Positions 23,648 to 36,898 of a DNA stretch of 64,000 nucleotides are shown here, in pieces; position 1 is the first letter of the stretch, and the number at the start of each line of letters is the position of its first letter. The DNA is from Zootoca vivipara. Taxonomy: Eukaryota. The notes beneath the pieces are model-generated. The model was not told the origin of the DNA. It made no database searches and worked only from the letters and a program-made list of their open reading frames with translations. The position numbers were made by a program, and so were the translations under genes. The DNA is taken from positions 43,462,001 to 43,526,000 of the forward strand of contig NC_083288.1 in the NCBI RefSeq assembly GCF_963506605.1, written 5' to 3'.

Positions 23648-24083
23648 GGTACTCCTCTATTTCTCAGTTTACAACATCAACTAGTTGTCCATTTCTAGAA
23701 CAGAATGCTGGAGTAGATGCTGGGCTTTTGACTTGGCCCAGCAGGGCTGTTCTTACATCACGGACATATTATTAACACCAGCCTGATTTGAATAAGATGA
23801 CTTGGGTGGCATCTGACTCTGCCAACACATTCTCAAAGGGACATCCTTCCATCTTATCCATAACAGCATTTCATAAGGAAGCCCTGAATGCTAATTTGGA
23901 AATACTGATTTGAAGTTTGACCCATCTTGTGGAAAGATGCAAATAGATCAAGATGACAGAGCTCTACCTCTCTCTTGTCCCTAATCTTATCTCTCTGTGA
24001 AGCACAGGTACTTGTAATGATTTCAGAAGGGCTTGTTGTTTTTCTGTGGCCTTCTAGGAATCCATCGGAGCTTTTCCCAGATG

Positions 24084-24131
24084 AATTGATTATGGTGATT
24101 TTGATGATTACAAGAGGTACAATCACTTCTG
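24084..24131 (-). promoter_or_regulatory. Conserved V2R upstream motif (gene 2)
   Basis: CAGAAGTGATTGTACCTCTTGTAATCATCAAAATCACCATAATCAATT on the gene strand. Confidence 0.55.
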
Positions 24132-25743
24132 CAGTGTTTCTTTATTCACGACAAATCATCCGTTACTGAACTAGTGAAGTAAACATTCTTGTCCAAGCAT
24201 AGAACCCCAGAGTCCATAAGTATTTCAGAATACTTCTGAAATCTAGACCAATCCTTTATGGGATATCCACTGCTAAAATATCCCAGATAAGTGGACAACC
24301 AACACCTGTTAAAAAATGTCTAAGAAAGGCGGTATTCAGGGCAGTCTGTTACATCTTCAAACACCCCTATTCCTCTGTCTGAATTAAAATCAATCGGACG
24401 CCCAGTGTTTTGCATTAGTCATTCAACCTTGGGGGGGAAATGAGGGGGGAAATCCTGTGCATGATAGTAAGGGTGTAGGATGAAAATACTTAACATTTTT
24501 ATTGTGTTAGGTTTACAGAAAATAATAGAAACATTTTAACATCAGGTGTTGTTTTTAAGTAAGCAAAATACACACGACCAACTCTTATATTGTAGAACAT
24601 ATAAATAACTTGTCTATGAGTTCTTTTGCTGAGGCAAGTCCTACTCCCAGCTCTTTCCTGAGGACGATGAGAGTGAATAATTTAGATAAATTAACTGTTA
24701 ATTGTAAAGGGGACTCAGAGATCTAACTTACACAATCCATATGTGACTATCCTCTATTTTATCTGTCGTTGTAACAAAGATTTCTATAACATTAGGTTGT
24801 AGTTTTTGTACATTTAGTGCCTGTTGATGTTTTGGGTGGTGCCATTGGTTGGCACATTAAAAGTTTGATTGATTGATTGATTGATTGAACTTAAGGACCC
24901 TCCGCTTACTTATATAGTTGCCACATAGCTGTGATATTTGGGGAAACCCGCAGTCAGTGATCCTCCATGGCCAAGATGTAAGTAGCTGATATCATGCAGG
25001 AGACATACATTCGATATTGTGGGCCAATTCTATGGAACTTTTTCCCAGCTGAGATCAGACAGCCCCACTCTCTCTTGAAAAACCAGAGCCCAGTGATAAA
25101 CCTTCTAATTTCAATAACAATTTAAGGCAACTTTTCTGGTTACTATTAACTGTTTTTATCTTTATTGTGTCTTCTTCAACTTTCCTATAAACCACTGAGA
25201 GACCATACTGTTAAGTGGCATAGATATTGTGGAAATAAAATACATAAGCAATCCTACCCTCTAAAATGGATGGGAAGGGTTACTCTGAGTTGGTTTTTTC
25301 TTGCCTTCAAATATCTATGTAAAAATCACCTATGTATTCTAGAGAATAACAAGAAATCAATAGTCAAATCTTTATTCATGCATAAGAAATGATGCACGAG
25401 CATCCACTGTAATATCAACATTAACTATCTGAAAAACTCCATCTACCACCTTTACTTAAATGCTTTAGGTCTACTCCATCAATCAGCGTCTCACTCATTT
25501 AGAAGGGTAACAGAGTTCTCAGGTTCCTATTTCTTACGTAAATTTAAATATCCTTTGTTGAACTTTACTCCTGTGAACTTTTCTCTCATAGGCACTACAG
25601 ACTGTTATGTAAATCAACCCCAACCCTCCAAAGCAACAACATAACTGAAATAGTTTAATACTCCCGATTCATTTATACTTCTTTTATGGTCCTATATAGA
25701 TATTAAAAATATTGTTGAAAACACAAACTCATCAATTTATTTA

Positions 25744-26636
25744 TTACTTTCTTCGTATAAGATGTTCTCTGTTGTTGAGCTCAGGCTTCACCAAAATTAT
25801 GTAACATTTTGGGAAAAAGATGCAGCCCAGTAAACCAGAACTGGAAGCCAAGATTGAGAAAATCTCCACTGCCACCATGTATTTTCCTCTAGTGCTTAAG
25901 TAAGTTGGAACAAAGGAGAGCCAAACACTGCAAAAGACCAGCATGCTGAAGGTGATAAACTTGGCTTCATTGAAACTGTCAGGCAATTTTCTGGCTAGGA
26001 AGGCCACATTGAAGCTGACAATGGCCAGGAAGCCCATGTAGCCCAGAACAGAATAGAACATGGTGACGGATCCTTCATTACATAACAGTATAATTTGCTC
26101 AGTCATTGAGTGCATGTCCAAATCTGGGAATGGGGGAGAGGTTGCCAGCCAGAGAATGCAGATCCCTACTTGAACAATGGAGCAGGAAACTACAATGGAA
26201 CAAGTCAGTCTCTTCCCCATCCAATTCCTCATGCTGGATCCTGGTTTGGTAGCCATGAATGCCAAAACAACAGAAATGGTTTTGGCCAAGATGCTGGAGA
26301 GGGCCACAGAGAATATGGTGCCAAAACTTGTTTGTCGGAGAAGGCAAGTTGCCTCATTAGGCATTCCAATGAGTAGCAAAGAGCAGAGGAAACACAAGAG
26401 GAGGGAGGTGAGGAGAATGTAGGTTAGACTTCTGTTGTTGGCTTTGACTATGGCAGTGTCCCGGTGCTTAATGAAGATGCCCAGCACCAGAGCTGTGGCC
26501 AGAGACAATAGAAGTGCAGAGGAAGTTGAAACAATAGCCAAAGTGTCATCAAAGGCTAGGAAATTTGAGATTTTAGGGATGCAGTGATTGTGGTCCTTGT
26601 TTGAATGCTGGTCTTCTGGGCAATGGATACAAGTCT
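25744..26636 (-). CDS. V2R gene 3 exon 6 (7TM)
   Basis: Acceptor ttttcag|AGACTTGT; open to TAA. Confidence 0.93.
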
Positions 26637-27585
26637 CTGAAAAAGGTTGCAATGTGTGACAATTTAAAAGCAAGGATTATCCTAGTGGTTCATTTTCACC
26701 CAGTTCATTTTCAGTCCTACAAACATACCAGAAATACGATGCATACAAATTCTATCATTTACACTTAATTTTAAAAGCAATGATATGAAAATGACTGCAT
26801 ATCTGCTTAATAAAGCATGTTCCGTTTCCCCATCATATCACAGCAGGGGGCAGAACTACTTGGTGCCCAGCCTATGTGGAAGGGATTAAAAGAAGGACCA
26901 GCCAAGTGCTGTACAAAACAGGAGTAGATTGTGACGAATAGAGTGGCTTACAAGCATGCCCCTTTTGTCCTGATCTTTCTTACATTGTTAGCTCAGTACC
27001 TGCCTACCCAGGCCACCGTATGAGCGGGTCTGATGGCTTTTTATTGAGGACAGGGTAAGATGTATTACTCCAATATTTGCTTGACAGCTTGAGAGTTTTT
27101 TCCTACCTGATTCGTACTATCTGGGAACCAAGGATTGCTACTGTATCTGCAAGTTCCTTTAATAGTTTTGAAAGAAGTTCCATTCATCTGAATGGTTTTA
27201 TATCTTGATGTTAACATGGCCATCCTTTCTAAAGATGTATCTGAAGATGATGGATGATATATGCACATGTGAAATGCTATGCTTTAAAATATTTTAACAG
27301 AACAGGTCCTACCCTTCTTGTTTGGAAACATCCATTCTTTCATTGGAATGATCTTAGATCAGGCACCCCCAAACTTCGGCCCTCCAGATGTTTTGGACTA
27401 CAATTCCCATCTTCCCTGACCACTGGTCCTGTTAGCTAGGGATCATGGGAGTTGTAGGCCAAAGCATCTGGAGGGCTGCAGTTTGGGGATGCCTGTCTTA
27501 GCTCTTGGTGCTAAAATGTGTTGCCCATATTTCAAAAGATAGGCTCCTCATGCATGTTATATAAATGTGAAAGAATTCTTTGTTT

Positions 27586-27638
<53 letters not shown>

Positions 27639-28800
27639 ATGACTTGGCCTCTTAGAGTTTACTGCGATAAAGTGTGTCATTTGGAATATCTCAGCATGGC
27701 TTGTCTTACCCTTCTCATTTGAGAACATCCCATCTGGACATGGAGCACAATCATAGCAGCAAAATTTCTTCCCCTCCTTCTTTTTCTTCCTATGACCAGG
27801 AGGACAGTAATCATTACACACCGAAAGGGGTGGCACCTTTGCAAAGATATGAGAGAAGCGTAAGAACATAAGAGCCCTGCAGGATCAGACCAGAGGCCCA
27901 GCTCGTCCAGCATGCTGTCCTCACATTGACCAACCAGATGCAAATAGGAAGCCTGTAAACAGAAACTGACTGCACACTCTCCCAACTTGTGAATTTTATG
28001 ACCAACTGGGACAAAGTCATTCAGGTTATCTAGACATTTTACTTCCTTGTCGCAGCTGGGTATATGATGTTCCAATCTATGTGAGAATAATGGAAGTCAC
28101 CCATTACCACAGTTTCCTTTTTTATGCATTCTGGATTTTGTTCTCCATCTCAAGTTCACCATAGGCATTTTGCTCAGGAGTAAGATAGGAGATACTACTA
28201 TTAAATCACTCTTAGGTCTTTGTATAACCACCCACAACAATTCTATAAGTACACTGCTATTTTGGGGATTTGCTCTTTAAAACTTTGTCCTCTTTGACTT
28301 ACAGAGTGATGTCACCCCTAGAATGCCCTTAGTCCCTAATAAAATTTTTTTATCCAGTTTCTCTCTATTCCACCAGGTTTAAATTATGTCCATTATATCC
28401 ATGCTCTCATCTAAGACAAAGTAACACAGCTTACTCATCTTCTAGCTTTCCAGGGGGAGAAATGGTATTGAAAAATATATAGGGATTTCATCCTATAGCA
28501 TCTTAGTAAATTAGAAGGCTAGTGATACATAATATGAGGTTCATAAGTGTAGAAGTGGCACATCCTGTGAGAGGAATAATTTCTGTACTGAGCATCACAA
28601 AAACAAAAAAGATTAGAAGGTCCATATTTAGTCCATCCAAAAGCAGAACTAGCTTAGACTTTCAAACAAATGCCACTAACTAGAGACTTGCCCCAGAGGT
28701 TTCCAAAGAAAGCTATTGCAAGCAACATCATCTGTTTTCTGACAACCACTGCTCCATCTTAGTCTGAGATGCCTTCTCTGGATGGTACAGTTTTTATCGT

Positions 28801-28860
<60 letters not shown>

Positions 28861-30613
28861 TCCTGCTGATAAGCAAAAATGCCTTCTTTTTGTTGTCATA
28901 GCTTTTTTACCTCTACAGTGGTACCTTTACTTACGAATAACTCTACTTACGAATGTTTCTACTTACGAACGGAGCTCCGTCCGCCATCTTGGATGTGGTT
29001 TAGATAGGATTTTTTCTACTTACGAATTTTTAGATAGGGTTGCTTCGACTTACGAATTTTTTCTCCCAATGCATTCCTATGGGATTCGACTTACAATTTT
29101 TTTCGACTTACGAATGTGCGTTCGGAACGCATTAAATTCGTAAGTAGAGGTACCACTGTATTACTTTTGGTATGCCTGAAAGGACCATGCCCTCAAGACG
29201 ATTTACAGAAATTTCAGGGGGGGGAGAGAATCAGTTTCAATATCATGTGCAATGAAAGTTCAGCCACACAATAGTGAACAGCCAACTCTAATTTGTACAA
29301 TAAGTGCAAATTAGAAGTCTATTGGGGGGGGGACCTCACACAGCCAATAACCTGCAGCCTAAAAATGATATTTTAAAAATGGAACAAATTGCAATAAAAT
29401 AATCTTAATNNNNNNNNNNNNNNNNNNNNNNNNNNNNNNNNNNNNNNNNNNNNNNNNNNNNNNNNNNNNNNNNNNNNNNNNNNNNNNNNNNNNNNNNNNN
29501 NNNNNNNNNNNNNNNNNNNNNNNNNNNNNNNNNNNNNNNNNNNNNNNNNNNACGCAGGCACGAGATCCCATGTGCTTGAAACCACCTCTGTTTACCGTGT
29601 TTCTGGCGAAAATAAGCCATACCCCGAAAATAAGCCATAGTGATAGGCAGTTTAACCGTGTAGGTTAAACTGTACCATACTTAATAATAATAATAATAAA
29701 GACATCCCCTGAAAATAAGCCACCGTGTTGTTGTTTTTTTGAGGAAAAATAAATATAAGACGGTGTCTTATTTTTGGAGAAACACGGTAGTACTTGCTAC
29801 TCTGAATTTAATGGCAGGCCTAAGACAAAATCACAGCTATGGTCATACATTTGAATGGAATCGTATTCCAGTGAATTTCAAATTAAATAATGTATTATGC
29901 GAAGGAATGTTCCTTTTGTTTTGTTTTTACACCTCTTGCCCTTCTGTTTCATTGAATGACTAATAATGTTGGCCTTTGGAAGACTGCACAGCTATTTTCC
30001 ACCTGAGTCAGGTCTCTTATCCATTGGATTCTGCCCCCATCGATGATGAGCTCTTTTCCAGAAGGAGCCTGTGGATCCAGACTTCCCACTTTGACCCTAG
30101 CGTAGGATTGATTTGGGAACGTGACCAAGTTTCTAATATCAAAACCAGATGCCAGTTCCCCATGTTCATTTAATGTAATTTCATCTCCGGCACTGTTGTT
30201 GAATGAGATCCTCTGAAGAAAAGCATGGAGCTAGAAGGAAAACAGGGAAATAAAAAGTTCTATATAGACTTATTCTCAATTAGACTAATGGAAGGCATCC
30301 AACTTCTGGAAGCAGATGGAAGATGAGAGTGGCAAATTATGGCACAGTGTAAATTCAACAACTTTTAAATGCCTGCTGCTAGTGTAAGCGAAGTTACAGG
30401 GAACCAGGCAGAGGGCCTTCTCGGTTGTGATGCCCACCCTGTGAAATGCCCTCACATCAGATGTCAAAGAAATAAACAACTATCTGACTTTTAGAAGACA
30501 TCTGAAGGCAGTCCTGTTTAGGGAAGTTTTTAATGACTGATGTTTTGATGTATTTTTAATATTTTGTTGGAAGCCGCCCAGAGAGGCTGGGGAAACCCAG
30601 CCAGATGGGTGGG

Positions 30614-30660
<47 letters not shown>

Positions 30661-32694
30661 TATGTGACAACTAATGTTGATTTAATGTCTTGTTACAAAA
30701 TACTCCCCTTTTCAATAAACAGAATTACTTAAATTTTAGAAATATCAACAACCTCAGATATGCGGATGACACAACCTTGATGGCAGAAAGTGAGGAGGAA
30801 TTAAAGAACCTTTTAATGAGGGTGAAAGAGGAGAGCGCAAAATATGGTCTGAAGCTCAACATCAAAAAAACCAAGATCATGGCCACTGGTCCCATCACCT
30901 CCTGGCAAATAGAAGGGGAAGAAATGGAGGCAGTGAGAGATTTTACTTTCTTGGGCTCCTTGATCACTGTAGATGGTGACAGCAGTCACGAAATTAAAAG
31001 ACGCCTGCTTCTTGGGAGAAAAGCAATGACAAACCTAGACAGCATCTTAAAAAGCAGAGACATCACCTTGCCTACAAAGGTCCGTATAGTTAAAGCTATG
31101 GTTTTCCCAGTAGTGATGTATGGAAGTGAGAGCTGGACCATAAAGAAGGCTGATCGCCGAAGAATTGATGCTTTTGAATCATGGTGCTGGAGGAGACTCT
31201 TGAGAGTCCCATGGACTGCAAGAAGATCAAACCTATCCATTCTTAAGGAAATCAGCCCTGAGTGCTCACTGGAAGGACAGATCGTGAAGCTGAGGCTCCA
31301 ATACTTTGGCCACCTCATGAGAAGAGAAGAATCCTTGGAAAAGACCTTGATGTTGGGAAAGATGGAGGGCACTAGGAGAAGGGGACGACAGAGGACGAGA
31401 TGGTTGGACAGTGTTCTCGAAGCTACGAACATGAGTTTGACCAAACTGCGGGAGGCAGTGGAAGACAGGAGTGCCTGGCGTGCTATGGTCCATGGGGTCA
31501 CGAAGATTCGAACACGACTAAACGACTAAACAACAACAACAACTTAAATTTTATTTTTGACGTAAAGGGGCTAAATTCCAGAACTTGCCCAAGCAGGGTT
31601 ACATGTGACACTGGAGGATTACAGTACATGGAAACTGGAAGCAATACCTGCCAGGCTTCCACATTCTGAGGAGATACTCTGCTCTTGTACTCCATTGTCC
31701 TGTGCTTGACTCTAGCTGAGTACATGATATGTAAAGCGTGTGCTAGAGCATAGACAGCATTATAGATACTGTAGCTGTGGCCGGTCATGCTCATTTCAAA
31801 ATAAGGAGACGGAATGTTCTCCAGAGCCTCCTCTCCATTACATGTTTCATCAATGCCTGGTGACTCCCTGCTGTTTGAAAGCATACAACTGAATACCTGT
31901 TCCCAGAAATCTTTGATAAAACCATCTCCATCTTCCCAGGAAGGATTTACGTTCGAAAGAAATTCTTGGAAGTTCTGCAGCTCTTTAGAATGAATTGCAA
32001 AGGAGATCGCACCATGGAAAATTTGTATATCAGTGTGCAATCGTTTTTGAAATATGTTTAATGTGAAATCAATTTGGGCTGTCGTAATCCATACTTTTGC
32101 TGTAGAGACCTCTTTGTATTGAGGAACTATCATCTGAAACATCCTGGCTATCCTTAGAGCTACTCCCAACCACATAATAGCTGCTCTTTCTCCATATATA
32201 ACAACTGCATTGGCTTTGCTCTTCAGGAAAGGGGGTAATACAATCCCTGTTTCAGATGCCATATCAAGTATGCTGCCAGAGAAGTGCAGATTGTATTGAA
32301 CTCTTTCAGCGTATGCTGAACATATCTGATTCTTGGAAAACATTAGCTCCATGGCCTTCAAGAATCGTTCTCCACTTTCATTATCTGGAGTGATGAGCCC
32401 AACCCATTTCCATCTGAAATGTAGCAATAACTGGACAATTCCTTGATACTGAAGGGCTTCATTGGGGACCATGCGATAAAATGAAGGGAGCTTGAGTTGA
32501 TAATTCACTTCTGGTTCAAACGAACCATATGAAATCTGAAAAAGAAAAAAAGGATAAGCTGATTTATATTCTATGGACTTTTAAATGGGTTTGTTGGAAG
32601 GAAGTTATTGTTACTGTTTTGTTTTAACTATTTATTTTGTACTTTTATCTTGTATTTTTATCTTATGGACTTACCTGAGATCCTTGAAGAGTGA

Positions 32695-32742
<48 letters not shown>

Positions 32743-34079
32743 CACATACTCTGTCTTGGTATAACTTTCCTTTAAATATTTGCTCCATTACCTTACATAA
32801 ATTCTCATCATTACATGGTTTTTAGAATCTCCTCCCCCCTCCCGCCGCCTTATCCTTTTGAATACCCGAATTATATCTCATACAGTCATTTCCATTTTAT
32901 ACCAAATTCCTAATGGGAAGAGATTTATGGCAGAGGTAAAGAGACATTGCCATGGCGCTCATGCTCAGATCCTACCTGTGGAATCTTGTAAAGACCTAAG
33001 ATGTCTGTCATGCATGAGGAGATATCAGAGCTTAATCCCTCAATGACTCCTATTGCATTTTCCTGAGTGTCACATTTGTAGTTGGGGACAAATTGATGTG
33101 CTTTGAAGAGCAGGTCCAGAGTAGTACGGTAGGCCATTTTTGGATTGGAGTAACTGTCATAGATGTGGAATCCGAGAGTGACATTGGGTAAGATCTTGGG
33201 GTTCTCATTGACCTCATCAACGGCAAACACCAGGGCCAGGATATGCTGGTAAAACTTTGTCACCACACTGCAAATCATTGGTCACTAGTACACAAAATCA
33301 TTTTAGCACAATATTCACCCACTCTACTGTAAATATGATTGTTTCAACTGCCTGACTATGAGGATAAGGCACAAACAACCAAACTGATAATTAGCTGATA
33401 CTTTCCTTACTGGAAAACAGAAAAAAAATCTATTGCGGTTACTATTGCCTGAATTGTGCATTTAGATTTGGGCTTCATGTAATTATGTATATTCAGAATA
33501 AGAACTGTATTCATGCCAAATCAGATTGTTAATATCTCACATAGATTGAACAGAGATTTCATTTTCAGTATTAATTATTAAGGGTCTTTGATACCAACAC
33601 TTCATGACCATCTCGCATTTTTGCAACAGTGATACATGTGATGGAACTGTACTCACAGCACCATTATTTCTACCTTTTACCTCTTGAGGAGGCATGTGGC
33701 AGCAGCCAGATTCGACAGGTTGGTAGCACTAATGGGAACACTTTTGATTGCATCCCAACCTGGCCCAATCCAACAACTCATGTAAGGATCAGCTTGCGTG
33801 TGTGTGTGAAAATAACACTTTAAAAATAAATAAATAAATCATAAGTTATTGCACAATAAAAAGAGTGTTCTATTATCATTTGTGTTCCCATAAACCACTT
33901 AATTGTAGAAAACCTCAGATCAGTTGACAAGTTACTCTATTTATGTAGGTCTACTCTGGGAATGATTTGGTGGTATGCCATTCATTATTATACAAAAGTG
34001 TAACTGCTGATTAACATATGGAATAAAGAACCTATATGAGATAGAGAACCTATGGTATTCAAAAACTGGCTATGGGGAA

Positions 34080-34138
<59 letters not shown>

Positions 34139-35533
34139 ATGTGGGGCAGTAATAATTTATGACAATCAGTAATTAAGGAAATATAAATATCCAAGGATGA
34201 GTTCAGAGACTAGTAAAAGCATGCTGTTTCTGTTGAAAATTCCAGATTATGTGCAGGATTTGGAAGAAAACTGAGCAGAAAGTATTCAAAATTTGCAAAT
34301 ATAATACTTCGTGGACGACTGCTGATGCAGATTTTAATATTCAGAACAATTATGGTTCAATATTTTGATAACTTCTTTTCAGATGTAGATCTTATAAATA
34401 ACCATTTTTGTCTGGCATCTAAAGGCAACAAGGTGTTAAGAGCAGGTGGGTCTTCATAGGGCAGGCATTCCAGAGATTTGGTGCCCCTACTTGAAAAGGC
34501 TTATCTAAAAATATTGGAAGAAAAAATCCCAGAGAGTAAAAGCATGAAGTTGTGTGGGGATCTGTCGAAAACAAATAAGTAAGCCATTGAAGAAGTCAGG
34601 GTGGCTGATGAAATGGCTATGAAACAACAACCACAAGAAGAAAAATAATATTTGTTCATTTTTACATTTATTTGTTTAGATGAAGGCCACAGCAAATACA
34701 ATTTTGCAACACCTGAATCCACCATAGACTGCTATTTTTAAAGCACACAAATTGGTCAAGACATATCTGAAGTGTGTGGTGCAGATATTTTGGGCATCTA
34801 ATCACAGAATGACTTATTTCCCCAAAGTGATTTGTTCGATAGGTCTCCCACTTCCATTTCCTCTCTTTCTGCCACCAAATTTCTTCTTCTCACTGCCTTC
34901 TCTCTTTCCCTCATTTTTTCTCTCTCCTCCATTCACACTGAATTAGACTGAGGTCAACATGTGATACACAGTCTACAGGTGGCTAAGCCCGGAAAGCAGA
35001 ATTAAATGTTTGACCTATGACTAAATGTTTTTAAAAGCTATCCCTTCGTCTTCAAATGCGAAAACTTAGCAGCTATGCTTTATAACCAGAACAAAGAGAA
35101 ACTGGATCACAAAAAATGTCATGTTTTGAAATGTCCAAACCCCAGTATAGTCACAGTCTATATTCACTTTTTGATCATTTCATAGTCTTATTAACAATTG
35201 TGTCCTTCCAGCCATCCATTTAAAAAAGCCTTTCTATTCTTATTGTTTGAAATATTTCACAGTCAATCTTATGAATATAAAAGAATCAGTAAGATAACAT
35301 TAAAGACCATTTACTTACAATGGAGTTTTAGCAAAGGACTGATCAGGGTGTTGGATGAACAAAAGTTGGGGGAAAATGTAATGGATATGAGATGCCATTC
35401 CACCAATGAGGAGATCACCTCGCTCATGCCATTCATGTGGAATATATACAGCATTATTTCTCAAGCAAGTCACATTTTGAACTTTGCACACCATATTTGA
35501 AAGCAGCAGCAGCAGAAGAAGAAGAAGCACCAT
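25744..35533 (-). CDS. Vomeronasal type-2 receptor (gene 3), six exons, apparently intact, 880 aa; intron 4 contains an assembly gap
   Basis: Exons of 215+292+888+228+127+893 = 2643 nt, GT-AG introns, open frame. Confidence 0.88.
27360..27495. mobile_element. 136-bp palindromic hAT MITE, second copy
   Basis: Same family as 14377-14512; TSD TCTTAGAT/TCTTAGCT. Empty paralogous sites at ~5434-5460 and ~40905-40930. Confidence 0.92.
27710..27836 (-). CDS. V2R gene 3 exon 5
   Basis: 127 bp, [14 protein letters not shown]...CCYDCAPCP. Confidence 0.9.
28800..28862. repeat. (TTTC)n microsatellite
   Basis: Direct reading. Confidence 0.95.
28916..29158. mobile_element. Tc1/mariner (Tigger-like) MITE
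   Basis: TA|CAGTGGTACCT...AGGTACCACTG|TA, with internal ACTTACGAA repeats. Confidence 0.9.
29410..29551. other. Assembly gap (142 N)
   Basis: Run of N. Confidence 1.
29595..29787. mobile_element. Tc1/mariner-type MITE
   Basis: TA|CCGTGTTTCT...AGAAACACGG|TA, with internal GAAAATAAGCCA repeats. Confidence 0.85.
30003..30230 (-). CDS. V2R gene 3 exon 4
   Basis: 228 bp, [18 protein letters not shown]..., open. Confidence 0.9.
30385..30660 (+). mobile_element. L2-type LINE 3' fragment with (TAA)n tail
   Basis: Reverse complement of the fragment at 46760-47170. Confidence 0.75.
30739..31541 (+). mobile_element. BovB (RTE) LINE, 5'-truncated, RT C-terminal frame open
   Basis: [17 protein letters not shown] motif, (CAA)n tail, 12-bp TSD ACTTAAATTTTA. 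Confidence 0.95.
31648..32535 (-). CDS. V2R gene 3 exon 3
   Basis: 888 bp, ISYGSFEP...EAWQ. Confidence 0.92.
32976..33267 (-). CDS. V2R gene 3 exon 2
   Basis: 292 bp, [12 protein letters not shown]...KIPQ. Confidence 0.92.
33890..34388 (+). pseudogene. Relic of a plus-strand V2R intron-5 end and exon-6 acceptor inside gene 3 intron 1
   Basis: Colinear similarity to 50761-51112, ending at tggttcaatattttg.taacttcttttcagATGTAGA. Confidence 0.8.
35319..35533 (-). CDS. V2R gene 3 exon 1
   Basis: [19 protein letters not shown]...[19 protein letters not shown] donor. Confidence 0.85.
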
Positions 35534-35911
35534 TCTGAGAGCAAAACTCCCCCTAAAATATGGACGCTCTTGAGTCTTTCAGTCTGTAACATTCATGTTA
35601 GCATTAATACTCTCATCCGCCTGATTTAATCAAGATGCCTTGGGTGGCAACAAACTCTGCTAGTGCAATACTCAAAGGGATGTGAATGCACCTTATCATA
35701 AACCTCAGCAGCATTATAGAAGCATGGCTTACAATGGCATGGCTTGAACGCCAATTGAAAAACAGCAACCTGCTTATTTGTACAAAGAAAGGGGAAAATT
35801 GACTCAGCAGTCTATGAATTACTGGAGTACTTATAATCATTTCATACTCAGGTGTTGAATTTTGTTTTCCAATCTGCCTTCTGAAAAGTCACTGGAGATT
35901 AGGCCATGCCG

Positions 35912-35958
35912 ATTGAGTATAGTGATTTAGATAATTACAGGGAAGACATTCACTTCTG
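35912..35958 (-). promoter_or_regulatory. Conserved V2R upstream motif (gene 3)
   Basis: CAGAAGTGAATGTCTTCCCTGTAATTATCTAAATCAC on the gene strand. Confidence 0.6.
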
Positions 35959-36460
35959 TGATGGAGTGGGAACAGGTCTCAAACCTGCCCTGTCAAAGTG
36001 GGAAATCCACAGCTGCAAAATTCTTGAATGCTGGTGATCCGATTTGAAATTCTTCTGCAAAAATCTTGCTGGTGAACAAACCAAACTCACTCTGTGAAAG
36101 AACTTTGGTTATTTTAAAAGAATGAAATGTTGTTGTTGTTTATTACCTGTGCTTCACCCTAAGGTCCCAGGGCAGGTTACGACGAATAAAACACAACATT
36201 AATATTAAAACACAATATTAAAGAGAATTTTAAACAGTTAAAAACAACATAAAGCTGTCTTTTTTGCTAGTCTAATAGGCAACCATTGAAAGTGTCACGC
36301 CATCTGACCTATGTAATATTAACCATTCCTGTTTTTCTCTGGATCTTTAGAACAGTAATAGAAAAGATCCAAACAATGTCAGTGCACAGGAAGTCTGGGA
36401 AATAAAACTCTAATAACATTGAAAGACTTAAGATGCATTTGTATTGAAATGAAAATTTTG

Positions 36461-36890
36461 AAATGATGGCCAAAGTTTCATCAAAAGCTAGGAAATTTGG
36501 TATCTTTCATCACAGTGATCATAGTCCTTGTTTGGATGGTAATCTTCTGGACATCTCATACAAATTTCTGGAAATATATGCATTGTGTGATAATTTAAAA
36601 ACAATGAATATCCAGTGGTCTATATCACCCAGCTCCACCCACAGCCCAGGAATATAATATACTAAAATTGTGTCCTTTAAAGTTGCATCTTGAAAGCAAC
36701 TGTGTAATAAAGAATATTCCCTGCTTACCCATCATATTGCAACAGGTCTCAGAACTATTTTGTCCTCTTTCTATGTGAAGAGGGTGAATAGAAGGACCAA
36801 TGGAGGGTTATACAAGACAGGGTGGTGGATGGAGTGGCTAAGCAGCCTAATCTATTTCTATTTTTTCATTGTTAGCTCAGGATCCAGTGT
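36461..36890 (-). pseudogene. V2R relic: first ~105 bp of exon 6 plus adjoining intron 5
   Basis: gatggccaaagtttcatcaaaagctaggaaatttgg matches the exon-6 start ([11 protein letters not shown]). The intron resembles 4910-5200 and 26640-26990. Confidence 0.8.
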
Positions 36891-36898
36891 GGGCTGTT

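Noticed and set aside
28916-29158. Spaced ACTTACGAA repeats that look CRISPR-like
   Set aside because: Short subterminal repeats inside a TA-flanked MITE in a vertebrate genome; no cas genes.
30690-31529. 279 aa and 232 aa (52075-52773) open ORFs as host genes
   Set aside because: They are truncated BovB reverse transcriptase pieces. Their start codons come from flanking or junction DNA.
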